This document shows, piece after piece, positions 51,299 through 61,437 of a DNA stretch of 64,000 nt. The position numbers were made by a program, and so were the translations under genes. How positions within the stretch are numbered: position 1 is the stretch's first letter; every line of letters begins with the position of its first letter. The DNA is from Obrimoposthia wandeli (Eukaryota). Under the pieces are notes generated by a model. That model did not search any database, was not told the DNA's origin, and saw nothing but the letters and a program-made list of their open reading frames with translations. Location: NCBI GenBank assembly GCA_977020255.1, contig CDROCS010005562.1, positions 1 to 64,000 on the forward strand, in the 5' to 3' direction.

Positions 51299-51508
51299 CT
51301 ATTTACCTATTGCTGTAAGTTTCGTTGATATAGTAGTAAATGCACCTTTAATTGCAGTAATCATGTCACCTTGTCCAGAGAATGCAGCACCTAACAACGT
51401 TGCCATAGCAACACCAATTAGACCATATTCAATTGCAGTTACACCGCGCTCGTCATTTTTATACGTTTCTAGAAATGTTGTTACGTTTACATACATTTTA
51501 GTGATCAT
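51299..51508 (-). CDS. flp: Flp type IVb pilin
   Basis: DERG/VTAIEYGLI prepilin cleavage and Flp motif. Confidence 0.95.
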   Translation of the reverse strand: MITKMYVNVTTFLETYKNDERGVTAIEYGLIGVAMATLLGAAFSGQGDMITAIKGAFTTISTKLTAIGK

Positions 51509-51824
51509 GTGTATTTACCTTTTTAAGTGTGATTAGAATGTTCAATTAGAATATGTGGCGTAAATTACTACAAATAAAAAAAACAAATAAATATACAACC
51601 TATTAGATTTACATATAGATGGTCAAAAATAAAACAGTCAATTTAAAATTACAATCGCTTACAATTTAAATGCAAATAGATTGTGAGCAAATAGGAATAA
51701 ATAGTAGAACAACCGTAAACCACTTGCGGACATAGTGTTAGTTTTTTGTTAATTAACTTTACTAAGTATTAAATAACGTTAGTTAGCTGTATTTAAAAGT
51801 AGAATCGAAGTGCAAACAATGATA

Positions 51825-52712
51825 TTAGATAAATTCAATATCAATTATTTTTCGATATATCCAATTCAATGGAGGGCTTAGGCTTTCATTTTTAGGCCAT
51901 ATTATAGAAGCCACCCAATATTCATTGCTTAACTGGTTCGATACAAAAGAAACCTTCGTTAACAGCCCGTCACTTAAATCACGTTTAGTGACAAAATTAG
52001 GTAAATTACAAATCCCAACGCCACTCCGACAAAACGATAAAATAGTATGTATATCCTCAACATACCACACCTGAGAAGCAACACTCAGCTCACTCATAGC
52101 AGGGCACTTTAAGTCAATCGGTGTTAACAGTCGGGTATTATCCATATCTATCAAACGTAAGTTAGTAGTGTGACCACCTTTATAATCAGGCGCCGCAACC
52201 CAAGAACTCTGCATGTGAAACGCACTCGCAAACTCACAATTTAACTTTTCCAATCCAGAGAACAACCCAATCGCAAAATCTATTTTATTTTCTACGATTT
52301 CATTATAAAGAAACTTGCTATTTTGCTGGATAATAAAAAGATCAACTAACGGATACAGTTCAGAAAATTCACACAATATTTTGGTTATTTGCTCTGAACA
52401 CACTAAAGGGTCTATACCAATGCGTATTTTAACATCGTTAATTTCTTCTATCGCTCGAGACTGAGATATGAATGCATGATATTGCGACATCATTAGCTTG
52501 GTATTTTTAAGTAACTTCTCACCTTTGTCTGTCAATACTGGGTATTTTTTATTTCGATTGAATAATTCAAAACCAAAATCTATTTCTAAATTCTGTATTG
52601 CGATGCTTATTGATGCCTGACTTTTTTTTAATTTTTTTGCAGCGGCACTAAAAGAACCAGCTTCAGCCGCAGAAATAAATATAATCAAATTATCCGTTTG
52701 TGGTTTCATCAT
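51825..52712 (-). CDS. LysR family transcriptional regulator
   Basis: GSFSAAAKKLKKSQASISIAIQNLE...LFNR. Confidence 0.92.
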   Translation of the reverse strand: MMKPQTDNLIIFISAAEAGSFSAAAKKLKKSQASISIAIQNLEIDFGFELFNRNKKYPVLTDKGEKLLKNTKLMMSQYHAFISQSRAIEEINDVKIRIGIDPLVCSEQITKILCEFSELYPLVDLFIIQQNSKFLYNEIVENKIDFAIGLFSGLEKLNCEFASAFHMQSSWVAAPDYKGGHTTNLRLIDMDNTRLLTPIDLKCPAMSELSVASQVWYVEDIHTILSFCRSGVGICNLPNFVTKRDLSDGLLTKVSFVSNQLSNEYWVASIIWPKNESLSPPLNWIYRKIIDIEFI

Positions 52713-52765
52713 TCGTTCCTATTGATTAATTAAACAAGCAACAATTCTAAAGTTTAAATTACGCA

Positions 52766-52810
52766 TACATAAATACATAAATACATAAATACATAAATAC
52801 ATAAATACAT
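52766..52810. repeat. 8-bp tandem repeat (TACATAAA) x5.6
   Basis: Perfect array 54-98 bp upstream of the LysR start codon. Confidence 0.95.
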
Positions 52811-53329
52811 GATATAAATTTATTGAAGTAAGGGTATATCACATTGGTGATTTAATTGGTTAGCTAATTGACTAGGATGTGGAATGTGGAATGTGGAATA
52901 AATATACGATTAATTATTTTAAACATCATCAATAAGTTGTGTATTATCGCTAAAAATGTTAATGAATAATTAATTTTTGAAATAAACGCACCCGTTATAA
53001 TCACTAAGTCATACGTTATTCTATTAATTTTCAGCTTAAACAACATTTTCATACTATCCGTTTTTCACAACGTGATCGCACCGAATATATTAACGGTGAG
53101 TAGGTAAGATATAATTCTGATAAATAAAACTATCGTTATCGTCAATAAATAATAATTTAAAAGCCACTATCAGTAAATATACATAATTTGCGCGCATTAC
53201 AACGATAAGTATACACAATAAGGTATATCATATAACTAAATATTATATCGGGATTGTTTAAGACTTACTGTAAGCAAATGTCAATAATAATAAAAGCTCG
53301 CATTACAAGTGATTTCGATAAACAAAATA

Positions 53330-54169
53330 TTAACTCATGCAAGCAACAATGGTTTGAGTTGATGAAAATACCGCATAGTATTCGCCACCAATCACAAGCT
53401 TTAGCTCATTTGCTAATTGCGTATCAATAGACGCATATATAAGTTGTGGGGCACTGTTATTATCTTGTAAGCTGTTATCGATAAGCCTCATGCTGTCCCC
53501 TGTTGTTTGGCTATTACTGTGAATTTCATGCACAACACCACGCAGTTGATTTGCAAGACTATCCGATTTTTTATCTCGCGTAATACTCACAGCAGGCGCT
53601 TTAAATAACACTAATATCGGTTTGCCTACAGCGAATGATAGACGCGCACAACTGCTCTGGGTTATGCACGCACTCAATCTAAGTCCACTTTGCAATTCAA
53701 CTTCAAGATGTACATTTAAATCATCATAATTAGCACTCGTATCCGCCTGGCCATTATCTAATGATAAAATAGTGCCTGATAATTGATTGCGGGCACTGGT
53801 TTTCAATGACAAATGCCCCATTACATCCAGTAAACTGTTCATCGGGATAGCTTGATCTTGCAAGGCTGCTAAGACCATATCCTGCATTTGTCCCGTCAGT
53901 GCATACATTTGCAATAAACGTTCGCCAAAGGCCGTCAACGTAGCGCCCCCGCCGCCTTTACCGCCTTTTTCACTGTGTACCACGGGTTCAGGCAAACGGG
54001 TATTCATATCTTTAACTGAATCCCACGCGGTCTTGTAACTCATACCTGCAAGTTTAGCCCCCTGACTAATCGAACCACAGGCTTGTATTTGTTGTAACAA
54101 TGCAATCCGCTTGGGGTTAGCAAACACTTTATCTGCAACGGAAATAGTCAATAAGGCTTTTAAATCCAT
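53330..54169 (-). CDS. modE: Molybdate-responsive regulator ModE
   Basis: GSISQGAKLAGMSYKTAWD HTH, KTSARNQLSG and TOBE/Mop domains. Confidence 0.92.
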   Translation of the reverse strand: MDLKALLTISVADKVFANPKRIALLQQIQACGSISQGAKLAGMSYKTAWDSVKDMNTRLPEPVVHSEKGGKGGGGATLTAFGERLLQMYALTGQMQDMVLAALQDQAIPMNSLLDVMGHLSLKTSARNQLSGTILSLDNGQADTSANYDDLNVHLEVELQSGLRLSACITQSSCARLSFAVGKPILVLFKAPAVSITRDKKSDSLANQLRGVVHEIHSNSQTTGDSMRLIDNSLQDNNSAPQLIYASIDTQLANELKLVIGGEYYAVFSSTQTIVACMS

Positions 54170-54562
54170 GGTATATCATCAGCTTAAAAATGAAGTACAT
54201 ATTGTGCGCCATCAGTAAAACAATAACAACATCGTCGGTTGTATGCCTGCTAACAATCACAGATAACCGGATAAAACATGCACAATAAATTTATCTCCAT
54301 TAATTAAATCTAAGACAATTTATTCGATAAAAGATGTGATCAACACCACAAAGCATAGGCAGCTAATTAATATAGGAGAATATTATTCTCTTTAACCGTG
54401 AATATCCCTCCATATAAGAAAAAATATTCTCCACACATAGGCGTACAGTTAACTATCAATGTAAGGAAGTGCAAGTCAATGCAAGTTAATGTAAGACTGC
54501 GCCAACAAACGTCATATTATGTGTTGCCGAGGTTATTTGTCAGCACCAATGAGGGATAGCGA

Positions 54563-55837
54563 ATGAATAACCAATGGCAACAATACAAACAACTGCTTAA
54601 TACTTTTGTAAAACCTGCTTTAGGGTGTACTGAACCTATCTCGGCCGCGTATGCCTCGGCGGTTGCGGCAAGTATGCTACCTGCAGCACCAGAACAAATA
54701 ACCGTTCACGTTTCAGATAATCTGTATAAAAATTCTATGGGTGTATTTGTACCCGGTACGGGTAAAATTGGCTTAGCCATTGCGGCGGCAGTCGGTGCGA
54801 TTGCCGGTGATCCAGAGGCTGGATTAGAAGTATTAGCACAAATCACCCCACCGCAAGTAACGCAAGCACAAGCCTTGATCGACACGGGTAAGGTTGTTGT
54901 TAAACGTACCGATTCAACAGAATTTATTTACTGCCATGTCGAAGCAAGATGTCGAGATTATGTAGCGGTTGTCGAGATCAGTGGTGGTCATACTCAAATA
55001 ACCAAGACAACGCTAAACGGTAAATTAGTCTTCAGTAACAATAGCTGTTCAGCCCAAAGCACCAGTAATATCACGGATGATCTCGATATCACCATTCAAG
55101 GAATTTATGATTATGCAATGGGGACCGAATTTACCGATATCGCCTTTATTCTAGAAGCCGCGACGTTAAACTCAACGTTAGCAGATGAAGGGTTAGCGCA
55201 TGCTTATGGTCTACAAGTAGGTCGAACCATAGATAAAAATATCAAAAGTGGTTTTATGGCTGCCGATCTAAATAACTCAATTATCATGCGTACTGCCGCT
55301 GCATCCGATGCCCGTATGGGTGGTGCAACATTACCCGCAATGAGTAATTACGGCAGTGGTAACCAAGGTATTGCGGCAACGATCCCTGTCGAAATGATTG
55401 CCAAGCATTATAACGCCAGTGACGAACAGCTCGCGCGAGCGCTTATTTTGAGTCATCTCGGTGCCATTTATATTAAGCAACATTATCCACCGCTATCAGC
55501 ATTCTGTGGTAACACAGTCACCAGTGCGTCTGCAGCAATGGCGATGGTTTACCTTGCTGGCGGTAGCTATGAGCAATCATGCTATGCCATCCAAAATGTA
55601 TTGAGCGATTGTTCGGGCATGGTCTGTGACGGTGCAAAATCAACCTGTGCGATGAAAGTCAAAACCTCGACAAGCAGCGCTGTCACCGCCTTTATGTTAG
55701 CCATGAATGATACCCAAGCATTCGACCAAGGTATTATTGCGCAAGATATTGAAACCAGCATTCGAAATATCGGTATGTTAGTCACCAATGGTATGGCTAA
55801 CACCGATGTGACCATCATTAATATTATGTCTGCATAG
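54563..55837 (+). CDS. L-cysteine desulfidase-like protein (YhaM/CdsB, UPF0597)
   Basis: [41 protein letters not shown]. Confidence 0.88.
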   Translation: MNNQWQQYKQLLNTFVKPALGCTEPISAAYASAVAASMLPAAPEQITVHVSDNLYKNSMGVFVPGTGKIGLAIAAAVGAIAGDPEAGLEVLAQITPPQVTQAQALIDTGKVVVKRTDSTEFIYCHVEARCRDYVAVVEISGGHTQITKTTLNGKLVFSNNSCSAQSTSNITDDLDITIQGIYDYAMGTEFTDIAFILEAATLNSTLADEGLAHAYGLQVGRTIDKNIKSGFMAADLNNSIIMRTAAASDARMGGATLPAMSNYGSGNQGIAATIPVEMIAKHYNASDEQLARALILSHLGAIYIKQHYPPLSAFCGNTVTSASAAMAMVYLAGGSYEQSCYAIQNVLSDCSGMVCDGAKSTCAMKVKTSTSSAVTAFMLAMNDTQAFDQGIIAQDIETSIRNIGMLVTNGMANTDVTIINIMSA

Positions 55838-56046
55838 CACTGACTGCACACATAAATAAGTAATGCAGTAGACAAATGGTACTGCTGTACTACCATTACC
55901 AACGTTACCGCTAACTGAAATGGTAAAATAAGTGATTTATTTAAAAATAAGCGCGCCAGTGAAGATATTAACGTATATAATCCGCCACGTATTTTTACCT
56001 GACACCTTGTATCAAAACCGCTTATTTTTTCTTTATTGGGACTAAC

Positions 56047-57210
56047 ATGCACAATCTATCGCCAAAATCGTACCGACTCCCCCTCCAAAATAAATTGGTT
56101 GGCCTGTCAGTCATGATTATCATCGGGATTGTTGCCTTTGTATTGTTTTTCTATCATTCTTTTTCAACCAGTTTAGAAGAAGAAAAAAAAGCCCAATCTA
56201 AAAATTTCATTGAATCAGCGTTGGGAATTATCCAACATTTTCATCAATTAGAATTATCAGAGAAATTAACCACAGCCGATGCCCAAAAAATGGCAAGGCA
56301 GACACTTGAGTCAGCAACGTATGGCGACGATGGTTATTTTTGGATCAACGATAATGAAGGTAAGATCCTGATACAGCCATACATGCCTAATTTGGTCGGC
56401 CTCAATATGACGGATTGGGCAGACAGTAACGGTAAATATATTTTTAAAGAGTTTGACCGAGAGGCAAGAAATGGCGGCGGTTGGGTTTCTTATACTTGGC
56501 CTAAGCTAAACACCACTGAAGAGTTTCCCAAAATATCTTATGTGGCACACTATCCCGCTTGGGATTGGTTGGTTGGTACGGGGCTTTATCTTGATGATAT
56601 GAAGTCGAATATTTTTTGGGCAGTATTAAGAACCTCAGGTATTTTACTGTTTGGTTTCCTCATTTTTATCTTCACGATTATTCTTATTATTAACTATTTT
56701 GTGCATCAGTTAAGTGAATTATCAGTCCGAGATTCACTCACAGACCTCTACACAAAGCGTTTCTTAAAAGAGATTTCACCGGCGCTATTGAATCACAATA
56801 AGCTCACAGACTATCACCTTACCGCGATATTCATCGACCTTGACCATTTCAAATCCGTCAATGATGTACATGGCCATGACAATGGTGACAAAGTACTAAA
56901 AAAAGTCGCTAAGATCATGCGTCAAAACGCCAAACAAAATCATTACTGTATGCGTTACGGCGGGGAAGAGTTTGTGCTCATTGGTTTCTTTGAAAATGAA
57001 ATGGCTGCCGTTGATATGGCTGAAATGATCCGTCATCAAGTGTCTGAAGTAAGCTTTGTAAATGACGATAATGAGTATAGAGTCACATTAAGTGCCGGTA
57101 TTGCATTGCATAATAGTCATACCGACGATAGTTTTGACAAAACATTAAAGCGAGCAGATGTAAAACTGTATGAGGCTAAAATTGCAGGTCGAAATCGCGT
57201 GGCAGTGTAA
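56047..57210 (+). CDS. Cache-GGDEF diguanylate cyclase 1
   Basis: TM-sCache_2 (YGDDGYFWI, WDWLVGTGLYLDD)-TM, DLDHFKSVND, RYGGEEF; no RxxD. Confidence 0.92.
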   Translation: MHNLSPKSYRLPLQNKLVGLSVMIIIGIVAFVLFFYHSFSTSLEEEKKAQSKNFIESALGIIQHFHQLELSEKLTTADAQKMARQTLESATYGDDGYFWINDNEGKILIQPYMPNLVGLNMTDWADSNGKYIFKEFDREARNGGGWVSYTWPKLNTTEEFPKISYVAHYPAWDWLVGTGLYLDDMKSNIFWAVLRTSGILLFGFLIFIFTIILIINYFVHQLSELSVRDSLTDLYTKRFLKEISPALLNHNKLTDYHLTAIFIDLDHFKSVNDVHGHDNGDKVLKKVAKIMRQNAKQNHYCMRYGGEEFVLIGFFENEMAAVDMAEMIRHQVSEVSFVNDDNEYRVTLSAGIALHNSHTDDSFDKTLKRADVKLYEAKIAGRNRVAV

Positions 57211-57335
57211 CTCAATAATATATTAAATTTGTCACCTAAATATTTCATTTTCAGACACTTTTCTCTAAACGATATATTCATAACCTGCTAACGCTATAAG
57301 ATGTCTCTCATTTAATACGACGACATGGTGTCCCA

Positions 57336-58556
57336 ATGGATAATATTGCAGCTCAATCATACCGCTTGCCGATTCAAAAAAAGTTGATTGGTTTATCTGC
57401 TGTGATCTTTACAGGGCTCATTGCTTTTCTATTATTCTTTTATACTTCCTTTTCCAGTAGTTTAGAAAATGAAAAAAAAGCACAATCAAAACATCTCACC
57501 CAGTCAGCATCTGGCATGGTTAGCTATTTTTATAACCTCAGCTTAACCGAACAACTCTCTGATGACGATGCTAAGAAATATGCGATGGATGCACTGAAAA
57601 ACTCAACCTACGGTGACAGTGGCTACTTTTGGATAAGTGCACTCGATGGTGAGATCCTATTGCAACCCTATAAACAAGAATTGGTTGGGTTGAGCTTATT
57701 AGATTGGCAATACTCGGACGGCAGCTACCCTTTTCGCAACAGCACAGAAGAAAGGCGTAAAAATGGCGGTTGGTTTAATTATTATTGGTCTAAATATGAT
57801 TCATTAGAGCAATACCCTAAGATCGGCTACGTACTCTATTTTGAACCCTGGGATTGGCTAGTTGGTACAGGGATCTATATTGATGATATGGAAAAAAATG
57901 TCTTTTGGACTGTCGCCAAAGCATCCGGAATATTACTATTAGCCTTTGTATTCTTCATTGGCGGTGCCATCGCGATTATCAATTACTTTGTTAATCAACT
58001 GTCGGAACAATCCGTACGCGACCCGTTAACAAAACTTTATACTAAGCGTTTTTTGGAAGAAGTGATCCCCGGTATGTTACAAAATGAAAAACGTAACAAC
58101 CGCATCCTTGCCGCTGTATTTCTGGATATTGATCACTTTAAAAATATTAACGACACGTATGGTCATCACTGTGGCGACAAAGTACTACAAAAAATAGCGA
58201 ATGTTATGTTGGAATCCACACGTACTGGCGATTATTGTATCCGTTATGGTGGCGAAGAATTCGTGATCATTGGACCTTGTGATAGTGATAGTGATAGTGA
58301 TAGTGATAGTAATAGTGATAGTGATAGTGATAGTAATAGTAATAGTAATATCAATGTTATCGCTGTTGCGGAACGCATAAGACAGCAGGTTTCTGATTTA
58401 GTTTTTACGCATGAAGGGACTGACTTTTCGGTGACATTAAGTGCTGGTATAGCCTTGCATGATAATCACAAAGCATCATTTGATGACACACTTATCGAGG
58501 CCGATATGAAGTTATATACTGCAAAAGAAAATGGCCGAAATAGAGTCGTTATCTAA
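57336..58556 (+). CDS. Cache-GGDEF diguanylate cyclase 2 (paralog) with DS/NS insertion
   Basis: Same architecture; RTGD I-site, RYGGEEF, then a Asp/Asn-Ser repeat. Confidence 0.92.
   Translation: MDNIAAQSYRLPIQKKLIGLSAVIFTGLIAFLLFFYTSFSSSLENEKKAQSKHLTQSASGMVSYFYNLSLTEQLSDDDAKKYAMDALKNSTYGDSGYFWISALDGEILLQPYKQELVGLSLLDWQYSDGSYPFRNSTEERRKNGGWFNYYWSKYDSLEQYPKIGYVLYFEPWDWLVGTGIYIDDMEKNVFWTVAKASGILLLAFVFFIGGAIAIINYFVNQLSEQSVRDPLTKLYTKRFLEEVIPGMLQNEKRNNRILAAVFLDIDHFKNINDTYGHHCGDKVLQKIANVMLESTRTGDYCIRYGGEEFVIIGPCDSDSDSDSDSNSDSDSDSNSNSNINVIAVAERIRQQVSDLVFTHEGTDFSVTLSAGIALHDNHKASFDDTLIEADMKLYTAKENGRNRVVI
58281..58346. repeat. Hexamer microsatellite (G/A)ATAGT x11
   Basis: GATAGTx5, AATAGT, GATAGTx3, AATAGTx2; in frame within DGC2. 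Confidence 0.95.
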
Positions 58557-58621
58557 CGCTTCATCAAGAAAATAACATTTAGCCTTGTTAATCCACCTTA
58601 ACAGGGCTAAAATTTACCAAG

Positions 58622-58645
58622 CGTTATATAACAAACTACATATCG
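58622..58645. promoter_or_regulatory. ModE operator
   Basis: CGTTATAT-N7-TACATATCG fits the ModE dyad consensus, 87 bp upstream of modA. Confidence 0.75.
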
Positions 58646-58731
58646 AAATATATAACGAAAACAGTATCGCGGCATAATATCAAAATTATAATTAATCATA
58701 TGTCGAACAAAATATAAATGAGAGATAGTAA

Positions 58732-59529
58732 ATGCCACCAAGATATCGTCATAGATTCAAACAATTCGCGACCTTTATTTTACTGATACTCAGCTGTAAC
58801 GTCATCGCTGAAGAACGCGTACTTATCTTTGCTGCATCCTCATTAAGCAATGCCCTTTCCGAAGTCGGTGATACCTTTAAAGCTGATCGCATTGCCAATC
58901 CAACAAAAATAAATCCGGTGTTTTCGTTTGCATCATCGTCAACACTCGCAAGACAAATTGCCCAGGGTGCTCCGGCACAGATTTATTTGTCTGCGAACCA
59001 AAAATGGATGGATTACTTAGTCTCACAACATGCTATCGCAGCCGAATCGAGAGTGACCTTGTTACGTAATTCGCTGGTGCTCGTCGCGCCAAACAGCAGC
59101 CCGGTAGATAAAGTCGCCTTAACCAAACATTGGAATATTACCCAAGCTGTTGGTGATAGCCGCCTAGCCGTAGGCGATCCTGACCATGTACCCGCAGGAC
59201 GTTATGCCAAGCAAGCCTTAGAAAGTCTCGGTTTATGGTCGCAAGCAATGCCGTTATTAGCACGAGCCAATAATGTCCGTGGCGCATTAGCGCTTGTTGA
59301 ACGCGGTGAATCCCCGTTGGGTATTGTCTATGCGACTGATGCACTGATAGCTAAAAAGGTAAAAACGGTGGCAACCTTCCCGGCAACGAGTCATAAGGCC
59401 ATTGAGTATCCACTGGTGATGGTCAAGGGTAATGCTAATGCGGCGACCACTGCATTTTATCAATACTTGCAAACCGACACCGCACAAACAATATTTATTA
59501 AACACGGTTTTTTGGTAACCCTGTTTTAA
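58732..59529 (+). CDS. modA: Molybdate ABC transporter substrate-binding protein
   Basis: FAASSL, FASSSTLARQIAQGAPA, GDPDHVPAGRYA, GIVYATDA. Confidence 0.96.
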   Translation: MPPRYRHRFKQFATFILLILSCNVIAEERVLIFAASSLSNALSEVGDTFKADRIANPTKINPVFSFASSSTLARQIAQGAPAQIYLSANQKWMDYLVSQHAIAAESRVTLLRNSLVLVAPNSSPVDKVALTKHWNITQAVGDSRLAVGDPDHVPAGRYAKQALESLGLWSQAMPLLARANNVRGALALVERGESPLGIVYATDALIAKKVKTVATFPATSHKAIEYPLVMVKGNANAATTAFYQYLQTDTAQTIFIKHGFLVTLF

Positions 59530-59584
59530 GGCACTCTTTTGAAGTTAATGGTTTTTAAGTTAATAGTTCTGAGGTTAATGACAT

Positions 59585-60271
59585 TTGTTAAGTGATTATG
59601 AAATTGCAGCCCTGCTGCTGAGTTTAAAAGTATCCAGTGTTGCAGTGTTATTCAGCCTGCCCTTCGGCATCATTTGTGCGTGGATATTAGCCCGTTGTGA
59701 ATTCCCCGGAAAGTCACTATTTGATAGCCTAATTCATTTACCTTTAGTGTTACCACCGGTAGTCATTGGCTACATTTTGTTAATCTCGATGGGTCGCCAA
59801 GGCAGTATTGGCGCGGTGCTTTATGATTGGTTTGGCTGGAGTTTCAGCTTTAGTTGGCGTGGCGCAGCATTAGCCGCTGCGATCGTGTCATTTCCGCTGA
59901 TGGTACGCGCCATCCGTTTGTCTTTTGAAAGTGTCGACATTCGCTTAGAACAAGCAGCGCGTACCCTTGGTAGTAATCGCTTACGGGTATTTTTTACCAT
60001 CACCCTGCCATTGACCTTACCCGGTATTGTCTCGGGCATGGTATTAGCCTTTGCTCGCAGCTTAGGTGAGTTTGGTTCAACCATTACCTTTGTCTCTAAT
60101 ATTCCCGGCGAGACCCGCACCATCCCACTAGCGATGTATTCGTTTATCCAAACCCCGGGTGCCGAGCATGAAGCCGCCCGCCTGTGTGTGATTGCGATTG
60201 TCATTGCGGTATTGTCATTAACTGCATCACAGTGGTTAGCCAAAAAAGCCCAACAGCGAGTAGCCTCATAA
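59585..60271 (+). CDS. modB: Molybdate ABC transporter permease
   Basis: LPLVLPPVVIGY, EQAARTLG, FARSLGEFG. Confidence 0.96.
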   Translation: MLSDYEIAALLLSLKVSSVAVLFSLPFGIICAWILARCEFPGKSLFDSLIHLPLVLPPVVIGYILLISMGRQGSIGAVLYDWFGWSFSFSWRGAALAAAIVSFPLMVRAIRLSFESVDIRLEQAARTLGSNRLRVFFTITLPLTLPGIVSGMVLAFARSLGEFGSTITFVSNIPGETRTIPLAMYSFIQTPGAEHEAARLCVIAIVIAVLSLTASQWLAKKAQQRVAS

Positions 60272-61359
60272 TGTTAATTATTGATATAAACAAGCAACTT
60301 GGCGACTTGGACTTGCAAGTGAATGCGCAAATTCCGATGCAAGGTATCTGCGCTATTTTCGGTCGCTCTGGTGCCGGTAAAACCTCGCTGGTCAATATCC
60401 TTGGCGGTCTATCAACGCCGGACAATGGCCAACTGACCTTAGGTGATACCCATCTGTACCACCAGCAACAAAAGGTCAACCTGCCGCCAGAACGTCGTCG
60501 TATTGGTTACGTGTTTCAAGAAGCCCGGTTATTCCCCCACTATAGCGTGCGCGGCAATCTAAATTACGGTAATAAAGATAAAGACCAAGTACACTTCGAT
60601 ACGGTGGTGAGGCTGCTTGGTTTAACGGAGTTGCTCAACCGTTATCCAGCAACGCTCTCTGGTGGTGAGAAACAACGCGTAGCAATTGGCCGCGCCTTGT
60701 TAACCCGTCCACAAATGTTATTAATGGATGAGCCACTAGCAGCGTTGGATCTACCGCGTAAACGCGAGCTTATCCCGTACTTATTACAACTGGCTAAGAC
60801 GCTCAACTTACCGATTATCTATGTTAGCCACAGCTTGGATGAAATCTTGCAACTCGCTGACTCTATGCTGGTATTAGATAAAGGCAAAGTGTTGGTGAAT
60901 GGTCCTTTGCATGCCGTTTGGGACAGTGCTGAAATGCGCCCTTGGTTACCGGTCAAAGAGCAAAGTTCATTATTAATGGCAACCATTACGGAGCTAAACC
61001 AAAAGTACCGCATGAGTAAATTATCACTCGCTGACGGCACGTATCTGTGGATCAATGGCATGCCTTTACCCACAGACAGTAAACTGCGGGTACGTATTCA
61101 TGCTAACCATGTTTCGGTGTGTATAAACCGCCCAACAGACAGCAGTATTCGTAATATTTTATCGTCGACGATATCAGAGATCATCCACTCAGAATCAAGT
61201 GATAATGTGCAGGTAAAATTAGCGTTTGGTGATGACCATATATGGGCGAACATCACCCCTTGGGCATGCGATGATTTAGCGCTAGCAGTGGGACAAGCAG
61301 TGTATGCTCAGATTAAAGGCGTGAGCATGACAGAGAGTGAATTAGCACAGTCGTTTTGA
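60271..61359 (+). CDS. modC: Molybdate ABC transporter ATP-binding protein
   Basis: GRSGAGKT, LSGGEKQR, LMDEPL, C-terminal TOBE; TAATG coupling to modB. Confidence 0.96.
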   Translation: MLIIDINKQLGDLDLQVNAQIPMQGICAIFGRSGAGKTSLVNILGGLSTPDNGQLTLGDTHLYHQQQKVNLPPERRRIGYVFQEARLFPHYSVRGNLNYGNKDKDQVHFDTVVRLLGLTELLNRYPATLSGGEKQRVAIGRALLTRPQMLLMDEPLAALDLPRKRELIPYLLQLAKTLNLPIIYVSHSLDEILQLADSMLVLDKGKVLVNGPLHAVWDSAEMRPWLPVKEQSSLLMATITELNQKYRMSKLSLADGTYLWINGMPLPTDSKLRVRIHANHVSVCINRPTDSSIRNILSSTISEIIHSESSDNVQVKLAFGDDHIWANITPWACDDLALAVGQAVYAQIKGVSMTESELAQSF

Positions 61360-61437
61360 TTGTTGAGTGTCAGTCAGTCCCAGTATAATGGTATTATACC
61401 CTTCTATATTTTGGTATGTGTTAACAACATAACCAAG

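Noticed and set aside
51510-51824. c-di-GMP-I riboswitch upstream of flp
   Set aside because: No GCAAAC/GAAA tetraloop-receptor pattern found; the region is simply AT-rich.
52864-53052. 62-aa ORF on the minus strand
   Set aside because: AT-rich, no RBS, and its tail is encoded by a 7-bp repeat; probably spurious.
58281-58346. CRISPR-like array
   Set aside because: Contiguous hexamers with no spacers, inside a CDS; no cas genes in the window.
58557-58731. Moco riboswitch upstream of modA
   Set aside because: Short AT-rich region already explained by a terminator-like hairpin (~58579-58610) and the ModE box.
942-61073. Numerous short ORFs antisense to or nested in assigned genes (e.g. 942-1169, 12644-13081, 21409-21819, 34662-35156, 55582-56052, 59821-60243)
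   Set aside because: Shadow frames of well-supported genes, with no motifs or RBS.
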